Origin: Thiobacillus sp.
GTDB lineage: Bacteria > Pseudomonadota > Gammaproteobacteria > Burkholderiales > Thiobacillaceae
DNA: 64,000 nucleotides
Direction: 5' to 3'
Assembly (NCBI GenBank): GCA_021166845.1
Contig: JAJPEP010000053.1
Coordinates: forward strand, 28,483 to 92,482
The position numbers and the translations under genes are program-made. The notes beneath the pieces are model-generated. The model saw only the letters and a list, made by a program, of their open reading frames with translations, did not search any database and was not told the origin of the DNA. Position 1 is the first letter of the stretch. Each line of letters begins with the position of its first letter. Below are positions 13,966 to 23,750 of the stretch, one piece after another.

Positions 13966-14273
13966 TTACATGCGCTTCAAAATAACGGGAACCGCTTGTT
14001 CACTCTGCCGGCAAAACATCCTGAACCAGCGCATGGCCGATGAATTGACGCTCGCCCTGGCCGTAAGTTTCCGGGAATCATACTGGGCGGCCAGGCTTAT
14101 TGTGATCTTCGACAAAGCAACGCGCGGACGAAGCTGCTGGAGAAGCTTGCCAGGCGGGCGACGCTTCGACAGCATGAAGCGGGCACGGGCCAAAACGAAG
14201 CAGGCATAATCGGGACTTATGCAGCACCCGATTTCCCCAGTACAACGTCAAAACTGCAGAATGCGAGCATACA

Positions 14274-14576
14274 TTGCCCGACCTTCCCACCGAAGCCGAA
14301 ACCTTCATCGCCGAGCTTGATGCCGCGGTCGAGGCGCATATGGCGTGGAGCCGCCGGATTCTCCGCTGCGCCGTGTCGGCGCGCCGGGTCCTGACCACGA
14401 TCGGCACGACCCCGGCGCCGATCACCGACAACAAGTCCCTGACGCTGACCGTCACCCTCGGCCTGGCCAGGGTCGGCGAGTCGGAGGACCTGGCCAGCGC
14501 CATCAGCCGTGCCGACCTGGCGCTTTACGAAGGCAAGGAAAGCGGGCGCAACCGTTTCGTCGTCGCCCCGTCCTGA
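14274..14576 (+). pseudogene. Internally deleted DgcZ-like diguanylate cyclase (CZB start fused to GGDEF tail)
   Basis: ELDAAVEAHMAW (CZB-like helix) joined in frame to TVTLGLA...RADLALYEGKESGRNR; the GGDEF motif is absent. Confidence 0.75.
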
Positions 14577-14607
14577 CGGGGTTTGCGGAGGTCCGGGGCG
14601 CCGGGCC

Positions 14608-15573
14608 TCAGATCGCCAGTTCCGACTTGGCCTGGATCAGCGCCTGCGCCAGCCGCACGCCGCTTTCCCACGCCCGCTCGACCCCCGCACCGGCTATACC
14701 GTCGCCAATCAGGGCGACCCGGTTTTCGCGATCGCCCAGCCAGAATCCGCCTATCGAGGCTTCCGGCTGGGCATGGCGCCACAGGTGGGTCGCCTCGACC
14801 TCGACCGGCCACGGCAGCCCCAGCAAGCCCATCAGGGCCGAGGCGGCGCGGGTGCCGGCTTCCTCGACCGGGGCTTCGAGGTAGGTCTCGGCAAATTCAT
14901 GGCTGCTATGCACCGCCCACAGGCCGGGGCCGCCGGTGGTCTGGCGCACCGCCAGGTCCAGCAAATGGTCGTCGAACTTGATGACATCCGCCGCGGGCCC
15001 GCCTTCCCAGCGCATCAGGAACGACCAGATCGGGCGATAACGCATGTCGGCCAGGCGTTCGCGCAGCAGCGGCAGCGCATCGAGCAGAGGAACGGCCTGC
15101 TGGGCGGGCACGCTGCAGACGATGCAGTCGTAATCGCCCCGCGCCTGGCCGTCTTCCAGGATGATGGTGCGCGGCCGCAGGGTGGCGACGCGTGACAGGG
15201 TGTGCAGGCGCGCCTCACCCAGCAGCTGGCGCACCAGTTGCGAGGGTTCGATGGTGGGCCGGTAATGGCTTTGCAACGGCGCCTGCGACCACGACAGGTT
15301 GGCGCGCCCCTGCAGGACATCGCCCCGCACCGGGGCCAGCCAGCCCTGGCGCACCCAGTCGCGCAGCTGGCCGCGGAAAGGGGCGCGCCTGGCCGAAATA
15401 AAGGGACTTCCCAGCGTTGCCCAGCCCTGCTCGATACGCCGGCTCGACAAACGTCCGCCTGCGCCGTGCGCCTTCTCGAATACGTCGACGTCCCAGCCTG
15501 CCGCGGCGAGCGTTCCTGCGCAACTGGCGCCGGCGATGCCCGCGCCAACGATGCCTGCCCGAGGTCTTGCCAT
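14608..15573 (-). CDS. FAD-dependent oxidoreductase (renalase-like)
   Basis: IVGAGIAG, VFEK-x4-GGRL, HLWRHA, GD-x5-VERAWESG. Confidence 0.88.
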   Translation of the reverse strand: MARPRAGIVGAGIAGASCAGTLAAAGWDVDVFEKAHGAGGRLSSRRIEQGWATLGSPFISARRAPFRGQLRDWVRQGWLAPVRGDVLQGRANLSWSQAPLQSHYRPTIEPSQLVRQLLGEARLHTLSRVATLRPRTIILEDGQARGDYDCIVCSVPAQQAVPLLDALPLLRERLADMRYRPIWSFLMRWEGGPAADVIKFDDHLLDLAVRQTTGGPGLWAVHSSHEFAETYLEAPVEEAGTRAASALMGLLGLPWPVEVEATHLWRHAQPEASIGGFWLGDRENRVALIGDGIAGAGVERAWESGVRLAQALIQAKSELAI

Positions 15574-15683
15574 ACGCTTGTTTATCCCCTGTTATGTCGT
15601 GCGTTCATGAGGCTGCATGGCGGGATGCCTGCCGCCACCCCGGTGCAATGGCCTCGGACTCGCTTGATGACGTTACCCTGAAA

Positions 15684-16979
15684 TCAGGCTTCTTCAGCCT
15701 GCAGGGTAAAGCGATACGCCGCGCGGCGGCCGCGGTCGGCCCGGATCCCGCGCAGCACCCACAAGCCGGCGACGAACCAGGCGCCGGTGATCAGCAGCGC
15801 CTGGCGATGGTCGCCGGCGGTCAGCCAGCTGGCGATGCCATAGGTCAGCGGCCCAATGATCGAGGCGCATTTCACCGCCAGCCCCCACAGGCCGAAAAAC
15901 TCGGCCTGGTGCGCGGGCGGCGCCAAGAGGCCGACCATCGCCCGCCCCGCCGATTGCGACGCGCCCATGCACAGCCCGGCGATGTTCGCAGCCAGCCAGA
16001 ACAGCCCCTCGCCCGGCGCGGCCCAGGCGGTCAGCACCATCGCGATCCAGCCGGAAAGCGTCAGGGCGATCGCCCGCACATGGCCGATGCGATCCTGCAC
16101 ATACCCGAAGGAAAACGCGCCGATGGCGGCGGTGACGTTGACCACCAGCACCAGCAGAATGGTCCGCTGCGTGTCGAAATGAAACACCTGGCTGGCATAG
16201 ATCGCCGCCAGCGTGATGACCGCCTGGATTCCCGCCTGGTACAGCACGGTGCAGACCAGAAAGCGCCTGAGGTCGGGCAACTGGCGCAGATGGCCGAGGG
16301 TGTAGCGCACCTGCCGCCAGGCGCTGCGCGGCGCGTGGACAGGCTGCGGGACGGCGCGCTCGCGCAGCATCAAGAGCGTGGGCAGGCTCGCCAGCGCAAA
16401 GATCGCGGCGGTGATCAGCATCGCCACCGGCACGAAATCGGCCGCGCCCTGCCCTCGCCCCTGCGCCCAGCCGATGTATGCCAGGCTGGCGCCGAGCGAC
16501 ACCAGTCCGCCGACGTAACCCAACGACCAGCCCCAGCCCGAGACCCGGCCGAGCGCGCGCGGCCGCGCCAGTTCGGGCAGGAACGCGGCGATGAGATTTT
16601 CGCCGGCGCCGAAGAAGTAGTTGGACAGCACCAGCGCCGCGATCGCCAGCCCCAGCGCGCCCGGCGCGGCGAAATACAGCGCCGCGGTAAACCCGACGCA
16701 GCCCAGCGTGGTCAGCCACAGCAGCTTTTTCTTGCTGGCGTGCGCGTCGGCCCAGGCGCCGACCAGCGGCGCGGTCAGCATGATCAGCGCGTAGGACACC
16801 GACAGCGCCAGGGTCCAGGCGAAAGTCGCCCACGGCGCGTTGCCGGCAACGACTGCGACGAAGTACGCGCCGAACACCGCGGTGATGACGACCGTGGTGT
16901 AGCCCGAATTGGCGAAGTCGTACATCGCCCAGGCCCACACCTCGCGGCGCGGCACGCCGGGTTGAAGCAAGACATTCAT
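15684..16979 (-). CDS. MFS transporter (UMF1/Atg22-like)
   Basis: WAMYDFANS motif, about 12 TM segments, AEFFGLWG. Confidence 0.9.
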   Translation of the reverse strand: MNVLLQPGVPRREVWAWAMYDFANSGYTTVVITAVFGAYFVAVVAGNAPWATFAWTLALSVSYALIMLTAPLVGAWADAHASKKKLLWLTTLGCVGFTAALYFAAPGALGLAIAALVLSNYFFGAGENLIAAFLPELARPRALGRVSGWGWSLGYVGGLVSLGASLAYIGWAQGRGQGAADFVPVAMLITAAIFALASLPTLLMLRERAVPQPVHAPRSAWRQVRYTLGHLRQLPDLRRFLVCTVLYQAGIQAVITLAAIYASQVFHFDTQRTILLVLVVNVTAAIGAFSFGYVQDRIGHVRAIALTLSGWIAMVLTAWAAPGEGLFWLAANIAGLCMGASQSAGRAMVGLLAPPAHQAEFFGLWGLAVKCASIIGPLTYGIASWLTAGDHRQALLITGAWFVAGLWVLRGIRADRGRRAAYRFTLQAEEA

Positions 16980-17177
16980 ATATCGAGTGGCATGGAATCT
17001 GAAATTGAAAATCGAGACCGCAGGCCTCGTGCACGGCAGGATGATCCCATGAACAGGCCAGGGCTTGCATATTCAAGCCTTGTTTCGCGGCGGGCAGCGT
17101 CATCCGCGAACGAATGCAAACCGGTTTCAGATTTCGCGATTCCAGTCGAAACCCGGCTGGACCACGCTTTCTTCGTA

Positions 17178-17645
17178 TCAGGCGGATGGAGAGACCTTGG
17201 GGGAAGGAACGAGCAATACGGGCGTTTGAGATAGCCGGGCCATTTGCTCCGCCACGCTGCCGAGCACAAGGTGCTGGAAACCACGGCGGCCGTGGGTTCC
17301 CAGCATCGCCAGGTCTGCGCCCCAGCGCGAGGCCTCCCCGGCAATCGCTTCCGCAACGCGCTGCAAAGGCGTTTCGGTTTCGATCAGGCCGGATTCCGCC
17401 TCGAATCCGGCCTGGCGGGCGGCATCGCGTGCAGCCGCGATGATTTTTTCTCCCGCGCCACGCCGCGCCGCACTCAGCGCCCCGGTATCGATTGCGAATT
17501 CCGGGCCGATCGGCAGCCAGCTCATGTCGACGACATGAACCATGCGCAAGCGGGCCGACAGCTTTCTGGCCAGTTCGATCGCCTGCTGCAGTGCATGCCT
17601 GGACGTGTCGCTGCCGTCCACTGCCACCAGTATTTTCGAGTACAT
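17178..17645 (-). CDS. Universal stress protein
   Basis: YSKILVAVDGS, GTHGRRG...LGSVAE. Confidence 0.93.
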   Translation of the reverse strand: MYSKILVAVDGSDTSRHALQQAIELARKLSARLRMVHVVDMSWLPIGPEFAIDTGALSAARRGAGEKIIAAARDAARQAGFEAESGLIETETPLQRVAEAIAGEASRWGADLAMLGTHGRRGFQHLVLGSVAEQMARLSQTPVLLVPSPKVSPSA

Positions 17646-17659
17646 GTCTTTTCCCCTTG

Positions 17660-18667
17660 TTACGTCAGCAAAGCGCGCAATGCATCGACAAAGCGCCGGT
17701 TGTCTTCGGGCAGCGCCGTGGTGATGCGCATGAAGCCCGGACCGAGCGCCGGATCGTTCAAGGGCTTGATCAGGATGTCGCGACGGCGCAGCTGCTCGGC
17801 GATCTCCGCCGCGTTGTGCGGCGCCAGGTCGGCGAGGAAGAAATAGGTATGGGTCGGATAGGTGCGCACGCCCAATGCGCGCAATTCTGCCGCGAGCGCC
17901 ACGGTCCAGTCATGCAGCTGCGCGGCACGGGCATGGATCCGGTCCTCGTGCTGCAGCGTGGCGACGGCCGCCGCCTGGCTGGGGCGGGCGAGCGGATAGG
18001 CGTCGTTGTGGCTGTTCAGTTCGTCGGCGATGGCTTCCGGAAAGATGCCGTAGCCGACCCGGAAACCCGCCAGACTGTGCGCCTTGGACAGGGTGCGGGT
18101 GACCAGCAGGTTGGGATGCTCGGGCACGAGATGCGCCACCGACTGCCCGGCCAGGCCGATGAAGGCTTCGTCGACCAAGAAGCGCGTCTGCGGATGGCGG
18201 CGCAGCAGATCCGGCAGCGGCGCCATGTCGAAAATGCCGCCGTTGGGATTATTGGGGTTGACGATGACCACGAGCGTGGTGCCCTCCGGCACCGCCAGCT
18301 CGGCCAGGTCGAAGGCGAAGTCCCTGTCCGCGGGCAGCCGCGTTTCGGTATAGCGCCGGGCGATCTCCGGAAACAGCACATAGGTCGGCGTCAGCAGATG
18401 GACCTGCTGACCGAAGCGGTCGAACAGCTGGCGCAGGATGAGTTCGGAGCCGGCATTAATGTGAATCAGCCGTTCGGCCACCCCGAGCCGCTCGCTGATA
18501 AGCCTACGCAGCGGCGCCGAGTAAGGCTCGGTGTAATAGTTGCTGTGCGGCGCCTCGGCCTGTGCGGCGGCTATTGCCTCGTCGATCGGCGGCAGCGGGT
18601 TCTCGCACAGCAGCAGCTTGATGCCGTGAAAACCGGCGCCGCCCTTCTCCGCAATGGCGTTACTCAT
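17660..18667 (-). CDS. HisC/CobD-like class II PLP aminotransferase
   Basis: NPNNPNG, VDEAF, RTLSKAHSLAGFRVGY; start taken at MSNAIAEK. Confidence 0.88.
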   Translation of the reverse strand: MSNAIAEKGGAGFHGIKLLLCENPLPPIDEAIAAAQAEAPHSNYYTEPYSAPLRRLISERLGVAERLIHINAGSELILRQLFDRFGQQVHLLTPTYVLFPEIARRYTETRLPADRDFAFDLAELAVPEGTTLVVIVNPNNPNGGIFDMAPLPDLLRRHPQTRFLVDEAFIGLAGQSVAHLVPEHPNLLVTRTLSKAHSLAGFRVGYGIFPEAIADELNSHNDAYPLARPSQAAAVATLQHEDRIHARAAQLHDWTVALAAELRALGVRTYPTHTYFFLADLAPHNAAEIAEQLRRRDILIKPLNDPALGPGFMRITTALPEDNRRFVDALRALLT

Positions 18668-18881
18668 GCTTCCCTTTCGATTCAAATGGCGCGCCGGGTC
18701 GAGCGCATGGATTTCGTTTCCGGCGACGCCTTGAATGAACGTCAACGATCGAGCTGCCGGCGGGCTGTGAATTTTTCACCAGTTCCATATTCACTATAAG
18801 ACGCTTTTCAGCGGCTATCCGGATTAAAAGTAAAACATGCGCAAGGCCCGTTTTCCGACAGTCTCCTGGCAGCCTGTCCCG

Positions 18882-19226
18882 CTACCTTCCAAGGGTGAGC
18901 AGATTTTGCAGGCCTGCGCGGCATTGCGTTGCGGTATCGCAGCAAAGCACCCTGAGGCCGCGGCTGCGGGCGCGTTTCACGTTGCCGGGATCGTCGTCGA
19001 GGAACAGGGCCTCGCGCATCAGCTTCCAGAAATCGGCTTCCTTCGCCGTGCCGGTCACGTAGCCGCTCTCATAGACCGCATCGACCCCTTCGCGGTGCAC
19101 GGATTCGGGATCAAGCCCGTTCAGCCGGGCAATGACGCGAAGCCCGGCGCGGAAGCCTTCCTCGGCGAGCACCCCGCCGAAGTCGAACAGCACGGCGCGT
19201 ATGGGCAAGGCAGGATCGCTCATCAT
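18882..19226 (-). pseudogene. HAD-family phosphatase with in-frame central deletion
   Basis: Motif I FDFGGVL and motif IV LFLDD-x3-NV are about 60 aa apart; motifs II and III are missing. Confidence 0.7.
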
Positions 19227-19301
19227 TATGTAGCCGCGCACTGCGGTGCCTGGTTTCGCATGTCGGAAGGATGCAGCGGTCGTCCGCGATTGACGCGCAT
19301 T

Positions 19302-20048
19302 TCATCCAGCCTCGGTGATTCTGGACAGCAGCGCGTACACCAGCATGCTCGCAATCATTCCGGCCAGGAACATCCGCATGTTGCGGTAGCGCCTCGCCAT
19401 CGGAACCAGTTCATGCAGGGAGACGAAGCACATCGCCCCGGCGGCGAAAGCCATGAAATGCGCGCTGAGCGAAGGCGCGATGCCGACCGCCACCAGCCCG
19501 ATGACCGCGCCCAGCGGCTCCGCCAACGCGGAGAGCACAGCGGCGCCGTAAAGGAAACGCCGGCTCCGAATCACCACGGCTGGCACCGCCATGGCGAATT
19601 CCTCCGGCACGTTGTGCAGCGCGATGGCGATGGCGACCAGCACGCCGAGTTCGGGCGAGGCGATATAGGCGTTCGCCATCGCGAAGCCTTCGGGAACGTC
19701 GTGCAGGATGAGGCCGAAGGCCACCAGGTAGGCCGACTTGACAAGTATCCTGTCGGCCATCCCCTTCTCCTCCACCAGATGGGTGTGCGGGACGATGAGG
19801 TGGGCCGTCCAGACCAGGCCGGCGCCGAGGGCGAAGCTCATCAGGGTGGGCGGCGCGCCCATGATGCTGACGGATTCCGGGACGAGTTCCAGCAGCGAGA
19901 TCAGGAGCATGATGCCGGTGGAGAATCCGATGCCGGCGGCAATCGCCCGGGCGTTCTCGCGCAGCCAGAACGCCAGCATCACGCCGAGCCAGGTGGTGAA
20001 CAGCGACAGCAGGGACAGCAGCAGGACGGCTGCGTGCGTCGTACTCAT
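19302..20048 (-). CDS. ZIP family metal transporter (ZupT/GufA-like)
   Basis: LHDVPEG and LHNVPEE motifs, PHTH loop. Confidence 0.9.
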   Translation of the reverse strand: MSTTHAAVLLLSLLSLFTTWLGVMLAFWLRENARAIAAGIGFSTGIMLLISLLELVPESVSIMGAPPTLMSFALGAGLVWTAHLIVPHTHLVEEKGMADRILVKSAYLVAFGLILHDVPEGFAMANAYIASPELGVLVAIAIALHNVPEEFAMAVPAVVIRSRRFLYGAAVLSALAEPLGAVIGLVAVGIAPSLSAHFMAFAAGAMCFVSLHELVPMARRYRNMRMFLAGMIASMLVYALLSRITEAG

Positions 20049-20079
20049 GGCTTCGGGCCGCAAGGGATCCGCTGGTCGG

Positions 20080-20379
20080 TCATGTCGGCAGGCCATGTTG
20101 CTTGGTGGGCGCGACGGACTCGGCATCCCGGCCGTCGGTCAGCCTGGCGAGCGCCAGGATGATGCGCTGCAGCAGGTCGTTGTCCGGCCCCTGCATGCCC
20201 TCCTCCTCGGCGACCGCGATTTCGGCGGCATCGTATTCCCAGGAACGCAATACTGCGATCTTCTGCCTGGGGGTGAGCTCGGGGTGGTCGACGACCTCTT
20301 CGGGACTGGCAAATACGGATCCCGGATCGAGCAGGGCCTGATCCAGCCAGGGTCGGGACGGTTGTTCCGCATTCGTCAT
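20080..20379 (-). CDS. Hypothetical protein (99 aa)
   Basis: GAGG RBS, normal codon usage, sits between two ZIP genes. Confidence 0.7.
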   Translation of the reverse strand: MTNAEQPSRPWLDQALLDPGSVFASPEEVVDHPELTPRQKIAVLRSWEYDAAEIAVAEEEGMQGPDNDLLQRIILALARLTDGRDAESVAPTKQHGLPT

Positions 20380-20475
20380 ATTTGCCTCGCTTTCATCTCG
20401 TGTTGCACGCCAATGCTTTCGTCCGGCGAAAAGGTCCGCTTCATCGGCGTGTCGATTGCTGTAACGGTTCTCGTC

Positions 20476-21210
20476 TCAGGCCTTCGATGCGACGATGACC
20501 ACGGCGACCAGCACGCCGCCCGCGAGAGCCACCATGCTGTATTTCTTCTTCTCCTGTTCCGCTCGCGGCAGAAGGTGCGTGGCACCGACGTAGACCAGCG
20601 CGCCGGCCGAAAGCGAAAGCAGTGCGCCCAGGGTTTGCTGCTCGATTTCGCTGATGAGCGGATAGGACACCAGCATGCCCAGCGGCGTGGTCGCGGCCGC
20701 GGCCAGAAACGCCAGGATCATCGATTTGCGCTCGCTGAATCCGCCCCGGACCAGCAGGAGGTAGGTGATGATGCCCTCGGGAAATTCGTGCAGGACCATG
20801 CCCATGGTCGCGAGAAATCCGGTGAGGATGCTGACGGTGAAGGCGATGGAGTAGATGAACCCGTCGATGAAGGAATGAAAGCCGATGCCGATCATGGGAA
20901 CGACGCCGATGGCATATTCCTTCTTGTCCGGATCCTTCTCGCAGACGAAGGCCGTGAGAAAACGGTTGAACAGGTGCATGCCGAAAAACCCGATCAGCAG
21001 CCAGGCCGGGGCTTGAGGGCTCATGGAGAGGGATTTCGGGATGATGTGTAGAAAAGATGCCGAGATCAGCACCCCCGCAGCGAAGCAGATGAAATAGGTG
21101 GAGTTCCGATGCCCCCAGTCGGAAAAGCGCCGGATCGTGTAGATGCCGAGGGACGTCACCAGGGCTGCCAGCGTGCTGGTGGCGAGAGCGGTCCAGAAGG
21201 TGTTTTCCAA
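20476..21210 (-). CDS. ZIP family metal transporter
   Basis: FHSFIDG and LHEFPEG motifs; TTG start. Confidence 0.9.
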   Translation of the reverse strand: MENTFWTALATSTLAALVTSLGIYTIRRFSDWGHRNSTYFICFAAGVLISASFLHIIPKSLSMSPQAPAWLLIGFFGMHLFNRFLTAFVCEKDPDKKEYAIGVVPMIGIGFHSFIDGFIYSIAFTVSILTGFLATMGMVLHEFPEGIITYLLLVRGGFSERKSMILAFLAAAATTPLGMLVSYPLISEIEQQTLGALLSLSAGALVYVGATHLLPRAEQEKKKYSMVALAGGVLVAVVIVASKA

Positions 21211-21261
21211 TTCCTGATTCCCTCTTCAGGCGGGCCGCGGCGCATTACCGATCACGGCGAT

Positions 21262-21465
21262 TCATTCTTCGCGGGCCTGGTGTTTCTTCTGCCACCGCGT
21301 CCAGTGCTCGGAGCCCTCCCGCAGCATTTTCGCCCCGCACTTCGGGCAGCGTTCCTCCTGGCAGGGCACCCCCTCGCGGTGGGGCAGCCTGGTTTCGCAT
21401 TTCGGGCAGATGCAGAATCCACCCGCGCCCATCTCGTGCAAGCGTTGCGATTCCTTCATGGCCAT
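21262..21465 (-). CDS. Small Cys-rich metal-binding protein (zinc-ribbon/ferredoxin-like)
   Basis: MGAGGFCICPKC...PC-x4-CPKCGAKMLRE; GAGGAG RBS. Confidence 0.8.
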   Translation of the reverse strand: MAMKESQRLHEMGAGGFCICPKCETRLPHREGVPCQEERCPKCGAKMLREGSEHWTRWQKKHQAREE

Positions 21466-21684
21466 CACTCCTCTCGTTTCCAGCAGGGACATCAGCTGGC
21501 AGATTTACTTCGTCTCCAGTCCTTCAGATGGGCCTCCGCTTCCTGCAATTACCAATTACATAGTCGGGTTGCGGGCGATCTTCCTGGCACGTCGAGCGCG
21601 TGCGAATTTGCCAGACCATTTCCTGGCCGGCGCCGGGAACGCGGGTGAAGCCGCCGGGGTCCGTCCGCAGGACGGGGCATTTTG

Positions 21685-22326
21685 TCATTTCCCGTTCGTG
21701 TTCCGTGCCGCGACGACCACGAACGCACACTGGCCGCGACCTGGTCGCAGGGGTTCGATCTCCCGCGTCTCGGGCAGGGGGTGCGCCAGCGTCTGGCCCC
21801 AGGCGTCGATCGAAAAGCCGGTTTCGAGCAGAAGCCGCTCGACTTCGCCAGCGGAATAGAACGTGGCCTCGCGATAAAACACGCTTTCTGCCTGATGCGT
21901 CAAATAGTCCTGTCCAAGCGCGCTTTCACTGTCGATGAAGCCGATCACCAGGCGCCCGCCCGGCTTGAGCACCCGCTTGGCCTCGGCCAGCATCTGTGCG
22001 GGGGAGTCGACGAAGCAGATGGTCGTCACCAGCAGAGCGTGGTCGAAGCTGTTTGCTTCGAAGGGCAGATTTTCAGCGGTGCCCTCCACGACCCCGATAC
22101 CGCGCGCAGCGGCGTGAACCAGCATGGCCGGCGAGGGGTCCACCCCGACCTGGATTCCCAGCGGCGCGGCGAAGCGGCCGCTGCCCACGCCGATCTCGAT
22201 CCCCCTGCCTTCCCACGGCACGAACGGACGCAGGGCGAGCAATTCGGAAACGTAGGCGGCCTCGTGCCTCTCGAACCACGCCTCATAGCGCGGTGAGTGG
22301 GCTTCGAAAGGGGCGACTCTAGGCAC
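21685..22326 (-). CDS. Class I SAM-dependent methyltransferase
   Basis: EIGVGSGRFA, GVDPS, AENLPF, RVLKPGG; GTG start at about 22326 (upstream codons belong to the aminotransferase ghost). Confidence 0.88.
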   Translation of the reverse strand: MPRVAPFEAHSPRYEAWFERHEAAYVSELLALRPFVPWEGRGIEIGVGSGRFAAPLGIQVGVDPSPAMLVHAAARGIGVVEGTAENLPFEANSFDHALLVTTICFVDSPAQMLAEAKRVLKPGGRLVIGFIDSESALGQDYLTHQAESVFYREATFYSAGEVERLLLETGFSIDAWGQTLAHPLPETREIEPLRPGRGQCAFVVVAARNTNGK

Positions 22327-22329
22327 GTG

Positions 22330-22500
22330 ACAGCAACTCTCGCAACGCACCGACAAAACGCCAGTTGTCTTCAGGCAGCGCCGTGGTGATGCGCATGAAA
22401 CCCGGGGCGGGCGCCGGTTCGTTCAGGGGCTTGATCAAAATGTCGCGGCGGCGCAAACGGCAACGCCCTGAATGAACGTCGACGATCGAACTGCCGGAGG
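22330..22500 (-). pseudogene. Deleted second copy of the aminotransferase locus
   Basis: About 22331-22454 matches the gene 3' end at about 17666-17790 and is joined directly to about 40 bp matching 18721-18760. Confidence 0.8.
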
Positions 22501-22873
22501 GTGATCAGCTTGTTGTTGATCATGCATCTCATCCCATGGTTGTGAATTGTCATCTTAGTCAACGACTATTCTTTTATTTAAGACACCCATGTCATGGGTT
22601 TATACAGGCATGGGCGATGCCTCCGAAAAGCGCATGAGCGAAGGCCACGAGTGCAAGTACTGGGACTTCTGCCAGAAATCGCTGTAGGCAGCGTCCCTGA
22701 TGTCATCAGGCAAACCGGCCGGGGCCTGTGCTTTGGCCTTCCTGAAAGTGTTCGGGGAAGCGGGGCGCCGAGGCTTTTTCGGAAGCCGCCTGTCGCGACA
22801 GCCGCCTTGACGCAAGTCCGCTCAGTGATATAAATGAAGTGGCGATGTTATTGCCGAACCAAAAGGAGTCAGC

Positions 22874-23590
22874 ATGGAAGAACAACCCATAGGATGTGCG
22901 CGGGTGTCGGGATCCGTTGTCGGTGACACGCCGCAGGAAGCACAGCCGCAATCCCAACCCGCCACAACATATGAGGCAAGCAAAATGACCGCACGTGTCG
23001 GCCAAAAAGCCCCCGATTTCATCGCGCCAGCCTATTACCGGGGCGGCTTCACCAACGTCAAGATGTCCGATTATCTTGGCAAATGGGTGATGCTCTGCTT
23101 CTACCCCGGCGACTTCACCTTCGTTTGAGCAACAGAAGTGTCCGCGGTCGCGGCGCATTATGAAGCTTTGCAGAAGTTGGGCGTCGAGGTCTTGTCGGTC
23201 AGCGTGGACAGCCACTTCGTCCACAAGATGTGGAACGACAACGAGTTGAGCAAGATGGTGGAAGGCGGCGTGCCATACCACATGGTGTCCGACCAGGCCG
23301 GCAATGTCGGGCGCGCATATGGCGTCTGGGACGAGACCCAGGGGATCGAGATGCGCGGTCGTTTCATCATCGATCCGGACGGCGTGATCCAGGCCATGGA
23401 GGTGCTCACCGCGCCGGTCGGACGCAAGCTCGCCGAGACGATACGCCAGTTCCAGGCTTACCAACTCGTGCGTGCCTCGGGCGGCAAGGAAGCCACCCCT
23501 GCTGGCTGGGAACCTGGCAGGGAGACACTCAAGCCGGGCCCCGATCTGGTCGGAAATGTCTGGAAGGTCTGGAACCCGTCGATGGAATAA
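22874..23590 (+). CDS. prxU: Selenocysteine-containing peroxiredoxin (PrxU type), 238 aa, in-frame UGA at 23126-23128
   Basis: [16 protein letters not shown] puts UGA at the peroxidatic Cys of the AhpC FTFVCPTE motif; the frame continues through [11 protein letters not shown] to TAA; SECIS-like hairpin and sel genes are adjacent. Confidence 0.95.
23137..23159 (+). promoter_or_regulatory. Bacterial SECIS-like hairpin
   Basis: AGTGT-CCGC-[GGTC]-GCGG-C-GCATT; loop begins about 18 nt after the UGA. Confidence 0.8.
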
Positions 23591-23610
23591 GGCCTGATCC
23601 GCCCACCCCG

Positions 23611-23639
23611 AAACCCCGCCCCGGTGGCGGGGTTTTTTT
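23611..23639 (+). terminator. Rho-independent terminator after prxU
   Basis: AAACCCCGCC-ccggt-GGCGGGGTTT followed by more T residues. Confidence 0.85.
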
Positions 23640-23750
23640 GGACGCTTATAGTGAATGGGCGAACCTTTTGTTATTGCAGCGAGCAAAAAACCTGCTCCCC
23701 TTACGAAGTGGGGTCCAGCCATCCACGTTTCTGCCCGGTCGGGTGAAATC

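Noticed and set aside
21490-21690. Possible frameshifted small gene between the methyltransferase and the Cys-rich protein
   Set aside because: Fragments look coding-like, but I could not assign a family or a consistent frame
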